Below the pieces are notes generated by a model, which was not told the origin of the DNA, ran no database searches, and saw only the letters and a program-made list of their open reading frames with translations. Positions 1 to 8,124 of a DNA stretch of 32,000 nt are shown here, in pieces. The position numbers were made by a program, and so were the translations under genes. Source of the DNA: Desulfocapsa sulfexigens DSM 10523 (lineage in GTDB: Bacteria > Desulfobacterota > Desulfobulbia > Desulfobulbales > Desulfocapsaceae); assembly GCF_000341395.1 (NCBI RefSeq), contig NC_020304.1, positions 2,580,001 through 2,612,000 on the forward strand, given 5' to 3'. Each line of letters starts with the position of its first letter. The stretch's first letter is position 1.

Positions 1-1179
1 CATAAAAAATGCCACAAAAAGTCCAAGGATCATTAGTCCACATCCAAGATACACAATCCATACTCCAGGATCTTTTGCTATCTGAAGTCCGGTTGCATAC
101 ATCTGTTTTCCTGCGATGGTATATTTTTTTCCGGGACGCTCAACGGTTACCTGGTCTCCAGCTTTAAGCCAGAACGTTGAGGCTGGTCCCTGGTCGTCTT
201 TAAACCACACCTTCATTCGTGTGATGGTCTGTCCCATTGCCTCGGCATTAATGATGCCAATACGGGCATTGTGTTTACTGAGTTCCTGCTGCTGTTGAAA
301 GGGCATGGGCACGGTTTGAGTTTCGTTATTCTCCTGGTTGGTAACCGTCAGTAAAAAATCTTCATAGCCCTGATAGCTTGACTGGTAGAAAGTGATTCCC
401 CTGTACGTTAAGGGATCATTGACAACGATCTCTTTTTTCACTGTTACTTTGTTGTCCTCAGATACCGTGAGCACAGATTTGTATGCTTTAGGCATACCGG
501 AATCGTAAAATTCGATATCAAATCGGTCACAGCGCACCGTGAACCCGAGATCAATTGATTTTCCGGTACCAGTTTGAAAAATAGTATTGGTGGCCTGGGT
601 TTCCGGTAACATTATCGATCCCTTGAATCCGTATAACTCACCAATTATGGCTCCAAGAAAAATAACAAGAATGGAAGCGTGAACGATATACACGCCGGTT
701 CTGGTCATCGCACCCTTTTGAGCAAAAAGAAGGAGTGTGTCGTCACGTTTACGCTGGAACGCTTTCCAGCCTTTGGAAGAAAGGCTGTCGCTGAGCTCGG
801 TGGCAAGGGTTTCTTCAGCTTTGTTAGATGTCCAGCTGGCAGATAAACGCATTTTCTGAATACGTTTTGGATCGGTTGCCAGGTTGTCGGCATTTATCTG
901 CCGCCATACGCCTGGAAAACGGTCAATGGAGCAGATGATAAGGTTTGAGGCAAGAAGACCAAGTAATCCCAGGAACCACCATGAGTTGTACATATCAGGG
1001 ATGGAGAGAACTTGAAAAATTCTTGCAGTGGTTTCACTGTAATTCTGGGCGTACCAGCTCATACTTTCTTTCTGGGGTATTACTGTTCCGATGATGGAAG
1101 TGACCGCAAGAAGAAAGAGAGTGAAAAGAGCTAGTTTAACAGAAGAAAAAAAGCTGAATAGGGGATTCTTTTTTTTCAT
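1..1179 (-). CDS. ResB-like cytochrome c biogenesis protein, C-terminus truncated by the window edge
   Basis: Reverse-strand translation from the ATG at 1179 (MKKKNPLFSFFSSVKLALFTLFLLAVTSIIGTVIPQKESMSWYAQNYS...; later MTRTGVYIVHASILVIFLGAIIGELYGFKGSIMLPE...) has the hydrophobic N-terminal and periplasmic layout of ResB/Ccs1 proteins. It stays open to the window start. Confidence 0.85.
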   Translation of the reverse strand, partial: MKKKNPLFSFFSSVKLALFTLFLLAVTSIIGTVIPQKESMSWYAQNYSETTARIFQVLSIPDMYNSWWFLGLLGLLASNLIICSIDRFPGVWRQINADNLATDPKRIQKMRLSASWTSNKAEETLATELSDSLSSKGWKAFQRKRDDTLLLFAQKGAMTRTGVYIVHASILVIFLGAIIGELYGFKGSIMLPETQATNTIFQTGTGKSIDLGFTVRCDRFDIEFYDSGMPKAYKSVLTVSEDNKVTVKKEIVVNDPLTYRGITFYQSSYQGYEDFLLTVTNQENNETQTVPMPFQQQQELSKHNARIGIINAEAMGQTITRMKVWFKDDQGPASTFWLKAGDQVTVERPGKKYTIAGKQMYATGLQIAKDPGVWIVYLGCGLMILGLFVAFFM

Positions 1180-1506
1180 TTGATCCTTGATAATAATTAT
1201 TAAATGGTTTTCTTTATCAGAATATTTCTGAAAAAGCAAGGTATTTGTCAGGTCTCACAGTATTTCTTTTGCTGCCTGTTATGTACCACGTTGTAGATGG
1301 TGATCGCAAATCTATTCATGGCTGGTCAGAAATTAACAGGTGTGGGCAGGTATGCATTGATACAGGTCAAAATTTAGTAATAAAGAAAAAATAAGGAATA
1401 TGTAAAATTACTAAGCCTTATCACCCCTGTCAATAAAGGTTTTTTTGTAGTCTTATGGCTTTTCAGGGGCTGGTAGGACCAGGCAGGTGCTTCTGTGGAA
1501 AAACAC

Positions 1507-1535
1507 TTGCCATTCTTGCGGAAAACAGGTATAAA
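1507..1535 (+). promoter_or_regulatory. Putative sigma70 promoter for rpmB (TTGCCA - 17 nt - TATAAA)
   Basis: TTGCCA at 1507-1512, a 17-nt spacer, and TATAAA at 1530-1535, about 100 nt upstream of the rpmB start. Confidence 0.6.
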
Positions 1536-1585
1536 AAGCAGTTTCTCGTTTGTCAAAGGAAAATGAAAGAAATTTTTTTATGATA

Positions 1586-1610
1586 TCCGAAAGTTGTAAA
1601 CTCTTTCGGA
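1586..1610 (+). promoter_or_regulatory. Perfect 8-bp hairpin in the rpmB 5' leader
   Basis: TCCGAAAG (1586-1593), a 9-nt loop, then CTTTCGGA (1603-1610). It sits between the predicted promoter and the rpmB ribosome-binding site. Confidence 0.45.
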
Positions 1611-1634
1611 ATCAAACCATATAAGGAGATCGTC

Positions 1635-1829
1635 ATGGCTAAAGTCTGTCAGATTTGTGGCAAAGGGCCTGCCACTGGAAATAATGTTTCTCATGCACAC
1701 AATAAAACCCGACGTCGCTGGTTGCCGAACCTCAAAAGAGTTCGCATGTTGACTTCAGGTGGCAGTGCTGTCAGGGCTCGTGTTTGTACCCGCTGTATTC
1801 GTTCGGGGGCAGTTGTTAAGCCTGCCTGA
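1635..1829 (+). CDS. rpmB: 50S ribosomal protein L28
   Basis: 64 aa, [37 protein letters not shown]...: characteristic L28 sequence, with AAGGAG upstream. Confidence 0.98.
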   Translation: MAKVCQICGKGPATGNNVSHAHNKTRRRWLPNLKRVRMLTSGGSAVRARVCTRCIRSGAVVKPA

Positions 1830-1864
1830 GTAGAATTTTGGGTGGTGTATTTATGTAAGTTATT

Positions 1865-1900
1865 AAGGGTGATAAGGATTGATTCCTGGTCACCCTTTTT
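1865..1900 (+). terminator. Rho-independent terminator downstream of rpmB
   Basis: AAGGGTGA (1865-1872) pairs with TCACCCTT (1890-1897), with an inner AGGA/TCCT pairing, followed by a T run to 1900. Confidence 0.7.
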
Positions 1901-1920
1901 CTGTTTCAAAGGAGTTGGAT

Positions 1921-2172
1921 ATGAGTGAAGAGATAAAATTTCTCCCTCGTGAGGAGGCGCTGCAGCTGGTTGGGGCAATTCAGGAAGAAGAGGATATCCA
2001 TAATCAGGACAGGCAAATTCTCACTGTCTACAATAAAGACGATCGTGAAGTGTGCTGGTTTGATTTTGAGGAATTGGAGAAGGCGGTTGGTGATGTCCCC
2101 AGGGATCAGAAAAAGGAAATGATTCAGGATTATATCTTAAAACATATTCCCGAATGGGCACGTGATATTTAA
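1921..2172 (+). CDS. Small conserved-looking hypothetical protein (83 aa)
   Basis: ATG at 1921 preceded by AAAGGAGTTGGAT; MSEEIKFLPREEALQLVGAIQEEEDIHNQDRQILTVYNKDDREVCWFDFEELEKAVGDVP... The upstream part of the listed ORF overlaps the rpmB terminator and is unlikely to be translated. Confidence 0.75.
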   Translation: MSEEIKFLPREEALQLVGAIQEEEDIHNQDRQILTVYNKDDREVCWFDFEELEKAVGDVPRDQKKEMIQDYILKHIPEWARDI

Positions 2173-2258
2173 TTATTAAAGTAGTAGCCAATTGCAAGTG
2201 TTTAACGGGGGAGTGACGAAACCCAGGGAAGAAAAACGTTCGTTATTTCGTTGGATGT

Positions 2259-3089
2259 TTAATTCAATATCCCCTTTGGCATTGGTGGAACCGGTTGCCC
2301 CCCAAGTGTCACTCCGCCATCTATTTTCAGGATACTTCCTGTCATGTAGTCTGCATCTCTGATAAGAAAAAGAGTTGCCTCGGCAACTTCTTCAGGAGTG
2401 CCGGTTCGTTGCAGCAGGCATTGGCTGCGGATTGCTTTCTTTTCCTCTTGCTCAAGTTCCCCCCAGCCTCTTGTTCCTTCTCCATGTCGCTGACGGATAA
2501 GTCCCAGCATCAATTCATTTACTCGAACAGATGGCGCGGCTTCACGTGCCCAGGTTTCCGTGAAAGAAGAAATAGCACGGTTTGCAGCACTATATGCATC
2601 ATTGAAAAATGGTGCTGTGGCTCCGCTGCGACCGCTGATGCCTGAGATGGAAGAGATGTTGACAACGGCTCCTTCGCTGCTCTTCAGTAAAAGTGGAAGA
2701 CAGTGGTGGAAAAGGAGCCACTTGGCTTTCAGGGTTGTGGATATCTCAAGATCCCATTGCTCAGCATTGTGCGGGAGGTCATAACTTCCATGAACGACTG
2801 GCATGCCTCCGCGTTCAATATTGTTCACCAGAATATTGAGGCTGCCATACTTCTTGTTTATCTGGTTTACCAGGTTTCGTACGGCAGCATCCGATCTTAG
2901 ATCAACTGGTAGGGAAAGAAACGAAAATCCGGCGTTTTTAAATTCCTCTTCCATCTCCGTAATGGATTCCGGCCAGTCAAAGGTGGGAAGAATAAGCCTT
3001 ACCCCCGCTTCCCCTAATTTTCTGGCAATTTCCCTGCCTATGGCCCTTGATGCTCCTGGCACAAGTGCGGTTTTTCCTGATATATCCAT
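2259..3089 (-). CDS. Short-chain dehydrogenase/reductase family protein (divergent active site)
   Basis: Rossmann-like N-terminus (KTALVPGASRAIGREIARKL), NISS motif, C-terminal MTGSILKIDGG as in FabG-like SDRs. The YxxxK position reads YSAAN. Confidence 0.88.
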   Translation of the reverse strand: MDISGKTALVPGASRAIGREIARKLGEAGVRLILPTFDWPESITEMEEEFKNAGFSFLSLPVDLRSDAAVRNLVNQINKKYGSLNILVNNIERGGMPVVHGSYDLPHNAEQWDLEISTTLKAKWLLFHHCLPLLLKSSEGAVVNISSISGISGRSGATAPFFNDAYSAANRAISSFTETWAREAAPSVRVNELMLGLIRQRHGEGTRGWGELEQEEKKAIRSQCLLQRTGTPEEVAEATLFLIRDADYMTGSILKIDGGVTLGGQPVPPMPKGILN

Positions 3090-3090
3090 T

Positions 3091-3792
3091 TTACGTGTCC
3101 CTTTCTACCTGTTGATGGCGGTTGGTACCCCTGATGCTTGCCGATAAAGGATCGTCCTTACTGTTGGAAATTACAAATATCTTAATACATTCCCTGGAAT
3201 GCGGCGCAACAAGAGTGATCTTTCCTGGGCTGTTTTTTTGGAGGAAGCCCTCGAGTGCCCCCTGATTCATCCAGTCTCTGTAGTTATGGTAATGGTTGAG
3301 ACCGGCTGCCCGTTCAATGATAGGGATAAGAATTTTCCCAATGAGAAACGAGGAACAGCTTTGTGTGGGAGTGGAGTAATCAGCAATAATGATATGACCA
3401 TTATGCTTCACGAGTCTGCAGGCTTCTCTGAAGATGGCTTTATGGTGAGGGGCAGCCTTCTCATGAAGAGCAAAACTTATAACGATAGCGTCGTATTTAT
3501 TGTCAGCGATGGGCAATTGAGTGGCATCTGTTTCAAGATAGTGAATGGACGACGGACTTTTCTTGCGAGCATTGCTGATCATTGCAGGAGAGTTGTCAAC
3601 TCCGGTGAGCAGCATATTCTCTTCACTCAACATTCGCAGCTGTTCGCCGGTCCCACAGCAGATATCGATAACATTTTTTGCCCCGGAATGCTTGAGTATG
3701 GTTCTGATATTACGACGAATAGAGCGCAGGCCCCGGGAGAGTAGAAAGTCATAAATCGAGGCTGTATATTTATATTCATCTTCGTCCTGCAT
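3091..3792 (-). CDS. Class I SAM-dependent methyltransferase
   Basis: Motif I VIDICCGTGEQ, with downstream YDAIVISFALHE and LVKHNGHIIIADYS typical of class I methyltransferases. The start was chosen at the internal MQDEDEY; the track ORF extends to 3906. Confidence 0.85.
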   Translation of the reverse strand: MQDEDEYKYTASIYDFLLSRGLRSIRRNIRTILKHSGAKNVIDICCGTGEQLRMLSEENMLLTGVDNSPAMISNARKKSPSSIHYLETDATQLPIADNKYDAIVISFALHEKAAPHHKAIFREACRLVKHNGHIIIADYSTPTQSCSSFLIGKILIPIIERAAGLNHYHNYRDWMNQGALEGFLQKNSPGKITLVAPHSRECIKIFVISNSKDDPLSASIRGTNRHQQVERDT

Positions 3793-3974
3793 GGTCTTGC
3801 GATTCCATACTAAATGGTTATAATTCTTAATTGCCTTGATACGGCAGCCTTTGTAAACGATATGTTTTGTTTTTCTACTGCCAAAGTGAATGTAGCATAT
3901 TATCATTGCTTCTTCCAGATTTCACCTTGAGTGATAGTATGGCAATGAATAACCTGAATAGAACAGGAGAAAGA

Positions 3975-6803
3975 ATGGTTTTTTGTAAAAAAATTGGAAT
4001 AGCTGTTTTAGCGGGTTTTCTTTTTGTAACAACGTTTTTGTTATCACCCTGTCTGGCTGATTGTTTTTCTACGGCATGGCCTCATGAAAAGAGTGATCTG
4101 AGACCAGATCCATCCATTACCTTCGGGCGGTTTGAGAACGGGTTTCGCTATATACTGAAAAAGAATTCTGAGCCCAGAGACAGGGTGGCGATGTCACTCA
4201 ACATTCAGGCGGGATCTCTTAATGAAAATGATGATCAGCGAGGCATTGCCCATTTCCTTGAGCATATGCTTTTCAACGGGACAACGCATTTTCAACCAGG
4301 AGAGTTGGTCGAATATTTTCAGTCAATCGGAATGAGTTTCGGTGGGGATACCAACGCGCATACCAGCTATGATGAGACCGTTTACGATATTATTTTACCA
4401 AAGGGCACCGCTCAGGATATAGACAAGGGATTGTTGGTTCTTTCTGACTATGCCCGGGGTGCCCTGTTGTTGGAGACGGAAATTGATCGGGAGCGGGGAG
4501 TAATACTTGCTGAAAAAAGGAGTAGAGATTCAGCTGGGTATCGTGCCCATGTGAAAGAGACGGCATTTTCCATGCGAGGTACCATGCTCCCTGAGCGCAT
4601 GCCTATTGGGGTCCTTGAAACTTTGAACAAGGCAGACCATTCTCTGATGAAGAGCTTTTACGATGCCTGGTATCGCCCTGAAAATATGATGTTGGTTATG
4701 GTTGGTGATTTCGATCTCGAGGAAATTCAGCCCCTGGTGGAGGAAAAATTTGCAGGACTGACAGGAGAAGGAGAACAGCCTCCATGTCCTGAATTTGGAC
4801 GTTTGCAGCATGAAGGTTCTGAGTTCTTTTATCATCATGAAGCTGAAATGGGAGTTACTGAAACAAGTATTGCAAGTCTGTGGAATGTGGAACCCGAGGA
4901 TGATTCTTTTGCACTGCAGGTGAAGGAATTGACAGGTTATGTAGCAAGTAAGATTGTTCAGCATCGTCTCGATGAACTTACAAGAAAAAGTGACACACCC
5001 TTTACTTCTGCAAAAGTGTATTCCGGAACCTTTTTAAATCGCATTGGGTACGCGGAAATTGGGGCCAAGAGTGATGCGGATAAATGGCAACAGAGTTTGT
5101 CTCTGATTGAAAACAGCCTGCGGCAGGCCCTGAACTTTGGGTTTACCGGGATTGAATTACAGCGTGTGAAAAAAGAGTTACAGGCAGAGCTTGATTCGGC
5201 AGTACTGACTGCCAAAAGTAAAAACTCCAAGGAGTTGGTATCATCTATTATTCGCAGTATTAACAACAATCGGGTAGTGCAGTCACCGGAACAGGACAAA
5301 GCGTTGTTTGCTCCCGTTCTTGAGTCGATGACTCTTGCGGATGTTGAAAAGGAATTTCGGGATCTATGGTCACATTCCAATCGTCTGGTGAAAGTGAATG
5401 GGAATGCAGTTATTTCTGAAAAAGATCCTCTTCCTGTTATTGAATCGAACTACAGGGCCGCAATGGACATAGATGTTGTTGCCTATGCAGATACAATTCA
5501 GAAGGATTTCCCCTATCTCCATCTTGGGAAACCGACGCCCGTAAAAAGCAAGGAGCAGTTTGTTGACATTGGAAGTAAGCGTGTGATCTTTGATAACAAT
5601 GTTGTTCTGAATCTAAAAAAAACCACCTTTGCCCCAAATGAGATTCAGATCTCTGTTGATTTTGGCCACGGTGCCTCAACGGAACCTGCGCCTGCCCTCT
5701 CCATGTTGACAACTTCCGTTATAAATCAATCCGGCACATCAACCCTGAGCAAGAGTGAGCTTGACAGAATTCTCTCAGGGGCCAGCGTTGAAACGACATT
5801 TCGTGTCAATCCGGATTCTTTTAGCTGGCAGGGAAAGTCTCTCAATAAAGATGCTGAGTTGCTCTTTCAGGTACTGCAGAGTTTAGTTGCTGACCCGGAA
5901 GTAGATATGAATGCCTTTCAGGTAAGCATGGATACGTTTAAGCAGTTTTATGATGGGGCAGCAACAGAAGTACAGGGCATTATGAGTATGCAGGGAGAAT
6001 CTTTTCTTGCAGGGGGAAGTCAGCGTTTTGGCCTGCCCCCATGGACTGTTTTTTCTCAACTGGATAGAAGACAGATTGAGGAGTGGTTTTTGCCCGCAGC
6101 CGGGAAGAGTGCGCTCGAGATCTCTCTTGTTGGGGATTTTGATGAAGCTGAAGTGCTTCGTCTGGCTGAAAAATATTTCTCAGTCCTGCCCGAAAGAACC
6201 TCGACTCCGGTGGAGAAGGTGAACATCTCTTTTCCACAGGGGCAAAGTCTCAGCCTGACAGTTCCTTCTTCCATCGACAAGGCGATGCTCGTTGTTGCCT
6301 GGAAAACGGATGATTTTTGGGATATTCAACAGACAAGGGGGTTACATCTCCTGGCAGAAATATTCTCGGATAAAATGAGAAGAGTCGTTCGGGAAAAACT
6401 CGGAGCATCTTATTCACCTCAGGTATACAATGCATCGAGCCGTATCTATGACGGTTTCGGGGTTATGCGGGCTGTTCTTATCGTTGATCCAGGTCAGGTG
6501 GAAATACTGCACCAGGAAGTGTTAACCATAGCAAGAGAAATATGGCAGGGCAATATCAGTAACGCGGAACTTGAACGTGCCAAGGAGCCTATGCTTACCT
6601 CTTTGAGGGACATGGTTCGGACTAACGGTTACTGGTTGAAATCCGTACTTGCAAACTCTGCCAGATATCCAGAACAGTTGGAGTGGCCCACTACTATTCT
6701 CTCTGGTTTCTCCTCATTTTCTCTTGAAGATGTTCAAGCTTTGGGCGCAAAATATCTGAACCCGGAAAATGCAGCCAGCATCACTATTCTTCCTGAAAAG
6801 TGA
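3975..6803 (+). CDS. M16 family zinc metallopeptidase (pitrilysin/PqqL-like), secreted
   Basis: Inverted zinc motif HFLEH in RGIAHFLEHMLFNGT, a downstream glutamate region ETEIDRERGVILAEKRS, a signal-like N-terminus, and start ATG 3975 preceded by AGGAGA. Confidence 0.92.
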   Translation: MVFCKKIGIAVLAGFLFVTTFLLSPCLADCFSTAWPHEKSDLRPDPSITFGRFENGFRYILKKNSEPRDRVAMSLNIQAGSLNENDDQRGIAHFLEHMLFNGTTHFQPGELVEYFQSIGMSFGGDTNAHTSYDETVYDIILPKGTAQDIDKGLLVLSDYARGALLLETEIDRERGVILAEKRSRDSAGYRAHVKETAFSMRGTMLPERMPIGVLETLNKADHSLMKSFYDAWYRPENMMLVMVGDFDLEEIQPLVEEKFAGLTGEGEQPPCPEFGRLQHEGSEFFYHHEAEMGVTETSIASLWNVEPEDDSFALQVKELTGYVASKIVQHRLDELTRKSDTPFTSAKVYSGTFLNRIGYAEIGAKSDADKWQQSLSLIENSLRQALNFGFTGIELQRVKKELQAELDSAVLTAKSKNSKELVSSIIRSINNNRVVQSPEQDKALFAPVLESMTLADVEKEFRDLWSHSNRLVKVNGNAVISEKDPLPVIESNYRAAMDIDVVAYADTIQKDFPYLHLGKPTPVKSKEQFVDIGSKRVIFDNNVVLNLKKTTFAPNEIQISVDFGHGASTEPAPALSMLTTSVINQSGTSTLSKSELDRILSGASVETTFRVNPDSFSWQGKSLNKDAELLFQVLQSLVADPEVDMNAFQVSMDTFKQFYDGAATEVQGIMSMQGESFLAGGSQRFGLPPWTVFSQLDRRQIEEWFLPAAGKSALEISLVGDFDEAEVLRLAEKYFSVLPERTSTPVEKVNISFPQGQSLSLTVPSSIDKAMLVVAWKTDDFWDIQQTRGLHLLAEIFSDKMRRVVREKLGASYSPQVYNASSRIYDGFGVMRAVLIVDPGQVEILHQEVLTIAREIWQGNISNAELERAKEPMLTSLRDMVRTNGYWLKSVLANSARYPEQLEWPTTILSGFSSFSLEDVQALGAKYLNPENAASITILPEK

Positions 6804-6830
6804 CGGCTAATGGATTCTGTATGCTTGTGA

Positions 6831-6865
6831 AAAGGATGCTGTCTAAGCAGTGACACCATCTTTTT
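6831..6865 (+). terminator. Putative terminator for the M16 peptidase gene
   Basis: GGATGCTGTC loops to GACACCATCT (one mismatch, one G-U) and is followed by TTTTT. Confidence 0.5.
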
Positions 6866-6904
6866 GGCCTCTGGGGACTCACCGAACTTTCTCGAGTCAG
6901 GGAA

Positions 6905-6933
6905 TGGGTTGTTGGCAGTTAGCCAACAACCCA
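6905..6933. repeat. Perfect 12-bp inverted repeat overlapping the 3' end of the usp gene
   Basis: TGGGTTGTTGGC (6905-6916), AGTTA, GCCAACAACCCA (6922-6933). The usp stop codon (6919-6921) lies in the loop. Confidence 0.85.
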
Positions 6934-7848
6934 GAGGGCCAGATCCTGAAAATGTTTGATTGCCCTGTCAGAAACCCCTCCAAACAGCCCTTTCGATGTG
7001 GCTTTTCCTCTTCTTCCCATGACTATCGTGCCACAATCTCGTTTTTTAGCTTCGCGGATAATGCTGTGAGCTTCTTCAATATCGGTGCTTTCCGGAAGTA
7101 TCTGAATCTGTTTTTCGGGGATTCCTGCGTTTAGAAGAAGCTGTTGCGGACCATTGAAGAGGCAGTCTGTACCGGAAAGGTGTGTGTCACTCCAATCCTT
7201 TCCCCATTTCTTATAAAAAAGCTCGGGTTTACAATGAATTTCTTTGCCAAAAATGGCTGTGCAGTGGAAGAGACAGATCTCTATATCTGTCCTCTCTGCA
7301 AAAATATGGCAGAGATGGTCAATGGCCATCAGTGAGTTTACGGAACCATCCACCGGAACGAGAAATTTTTTCGATTGTACCTCCCCGTCAATGATCCATA
7401 AAGGCGTGTTGTGGCATTTTTGAAACAGGGAGCTTGACACGGAACCCATCAGCATTTCACTTATTCCATTCAGACCTCGTCTGCCAATGAGGACGGCATC
7501 CAGTAAATCTTTCTCTGCCGTTTGCTGAATTGCGGCTGCAAAATTGTAGCCGCAGGTGTGAACGGAGCTGTGAATACGATCCGAGGTGATATTATTGCGG
7601 AGAAGTTTTTCAGTGGCTTTTTTCAGGTAGCGCCTGGCAGAGGATTCCTTTGTACCTTGAACAGTATTCGTCGGAATAAGCGAGTTCTTTTGATCTGCTG
7701 CAGAGGGCATGATGGAACTTCCAGCTGTGATCCAGGTGCAGAGATGAAAGTGAATATGTGGATCTGCTGCAAAGAGGGTACTGATATAAGTAAGGGACTG
7801 GTTTGAGTATACCGAGCCATCAATGGCAATAAGAATATCTTTCTGCAT
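6919..7848 (-). CDS. Tandem-domain universal stress protein (UspA family)
   Basis: Two USP-like modules: ILIAIDGSVYSNQSLTYI...DAVLIGRRGLNGISEMLMGSVSSSL and FLVPVDGSVNSLMAI...CGTIVMGRRGKATSKGLFGGVSDRAI. Confidence 0.9.
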   Translation of the reverse strand: MQKDILIAIDGSVYSNQSLTYISTLFAADPHIHFHLCTWITAGSSIMPSAADQKNSLIPTNTVQGTKESSARRYLKKATEKLLRNNITSDRIHSSVHTCGYNFAAAIQQTAEKDLLDAVLIGRRGLNGISEMLMGSVSSSLFQKCHNTPLWIIDGEVQSKKFLVPVDGSVNSLMAIDHLCHIFAERTDIEICLFHCTAIFGKEIHCKPELFYKKWGKDWSDTHLSGTDCLFNGPQQLLLNAGIPEKQIQILPESTDIEEAHSIIREAKKRDCGTIVMGRRGKATSKGLFGGVSDRAIKHFQDLALWVVG

Positions 7849-7876
7849 AAGCCCTCGTCATGTGTATCTGTGTCAG

Positions 7877-8014
7877 TTATTTCGCTGTTTTTTGTGTATC
7901 TCTGCTCTGATGCTCCTTCTCCTTGGTTTCTTTGGGATCAAAGAAGTGCACCATATATTGAAAAATAAAAACAAAGAGAAAGACAACAGCATAGACCAGT
8001 ATCCAGTCCCACAT
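7877..8014 (-). CDS. Small putative membrane protein (45 aa), absent from the supplied ORF track
   Basis: Reverse-strand ATG at 8014 with GGAG about 7 nt upstream; translation MWDWILVYAVVFLFVFIFQYMVHFFDPKETKEKEHQSRDTQKTAK*. It has one hydrophobic helix plus a charged tail and sits 28 nt upstream of the usp start. Confidence 0.6.
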   Translation of the reverse strand: MWDWILVYAVVFLFVFIFQYMVHFFDPKETKEKEHQSRDTQKTAK

Positions 8015-8124
8015 ATTTCACTCCATGGTATTTCTGCAAACAGAATAATATTGTGTATATGAAACAAAAGTAGTCAGTCTCCGTCTCTTTGTAAAGTCCG
8101 AAGAATCATATTGGCATCAAAATA

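Noticed and set aside
3199-3744. 181-aa plus-strand ORF opposite the methyltransferase
   Set aside because: It is antisense to a clear SAM-methyltransferase frame and has no recognised motif.
7873-8067. 64-aa minus-strand ORF listed in the track
   Set aside because: It is in a different frame from the 45-aa ORF. It lacks a good SD, and its product is less protein-like than the mini membrane ORF starting at 8014.
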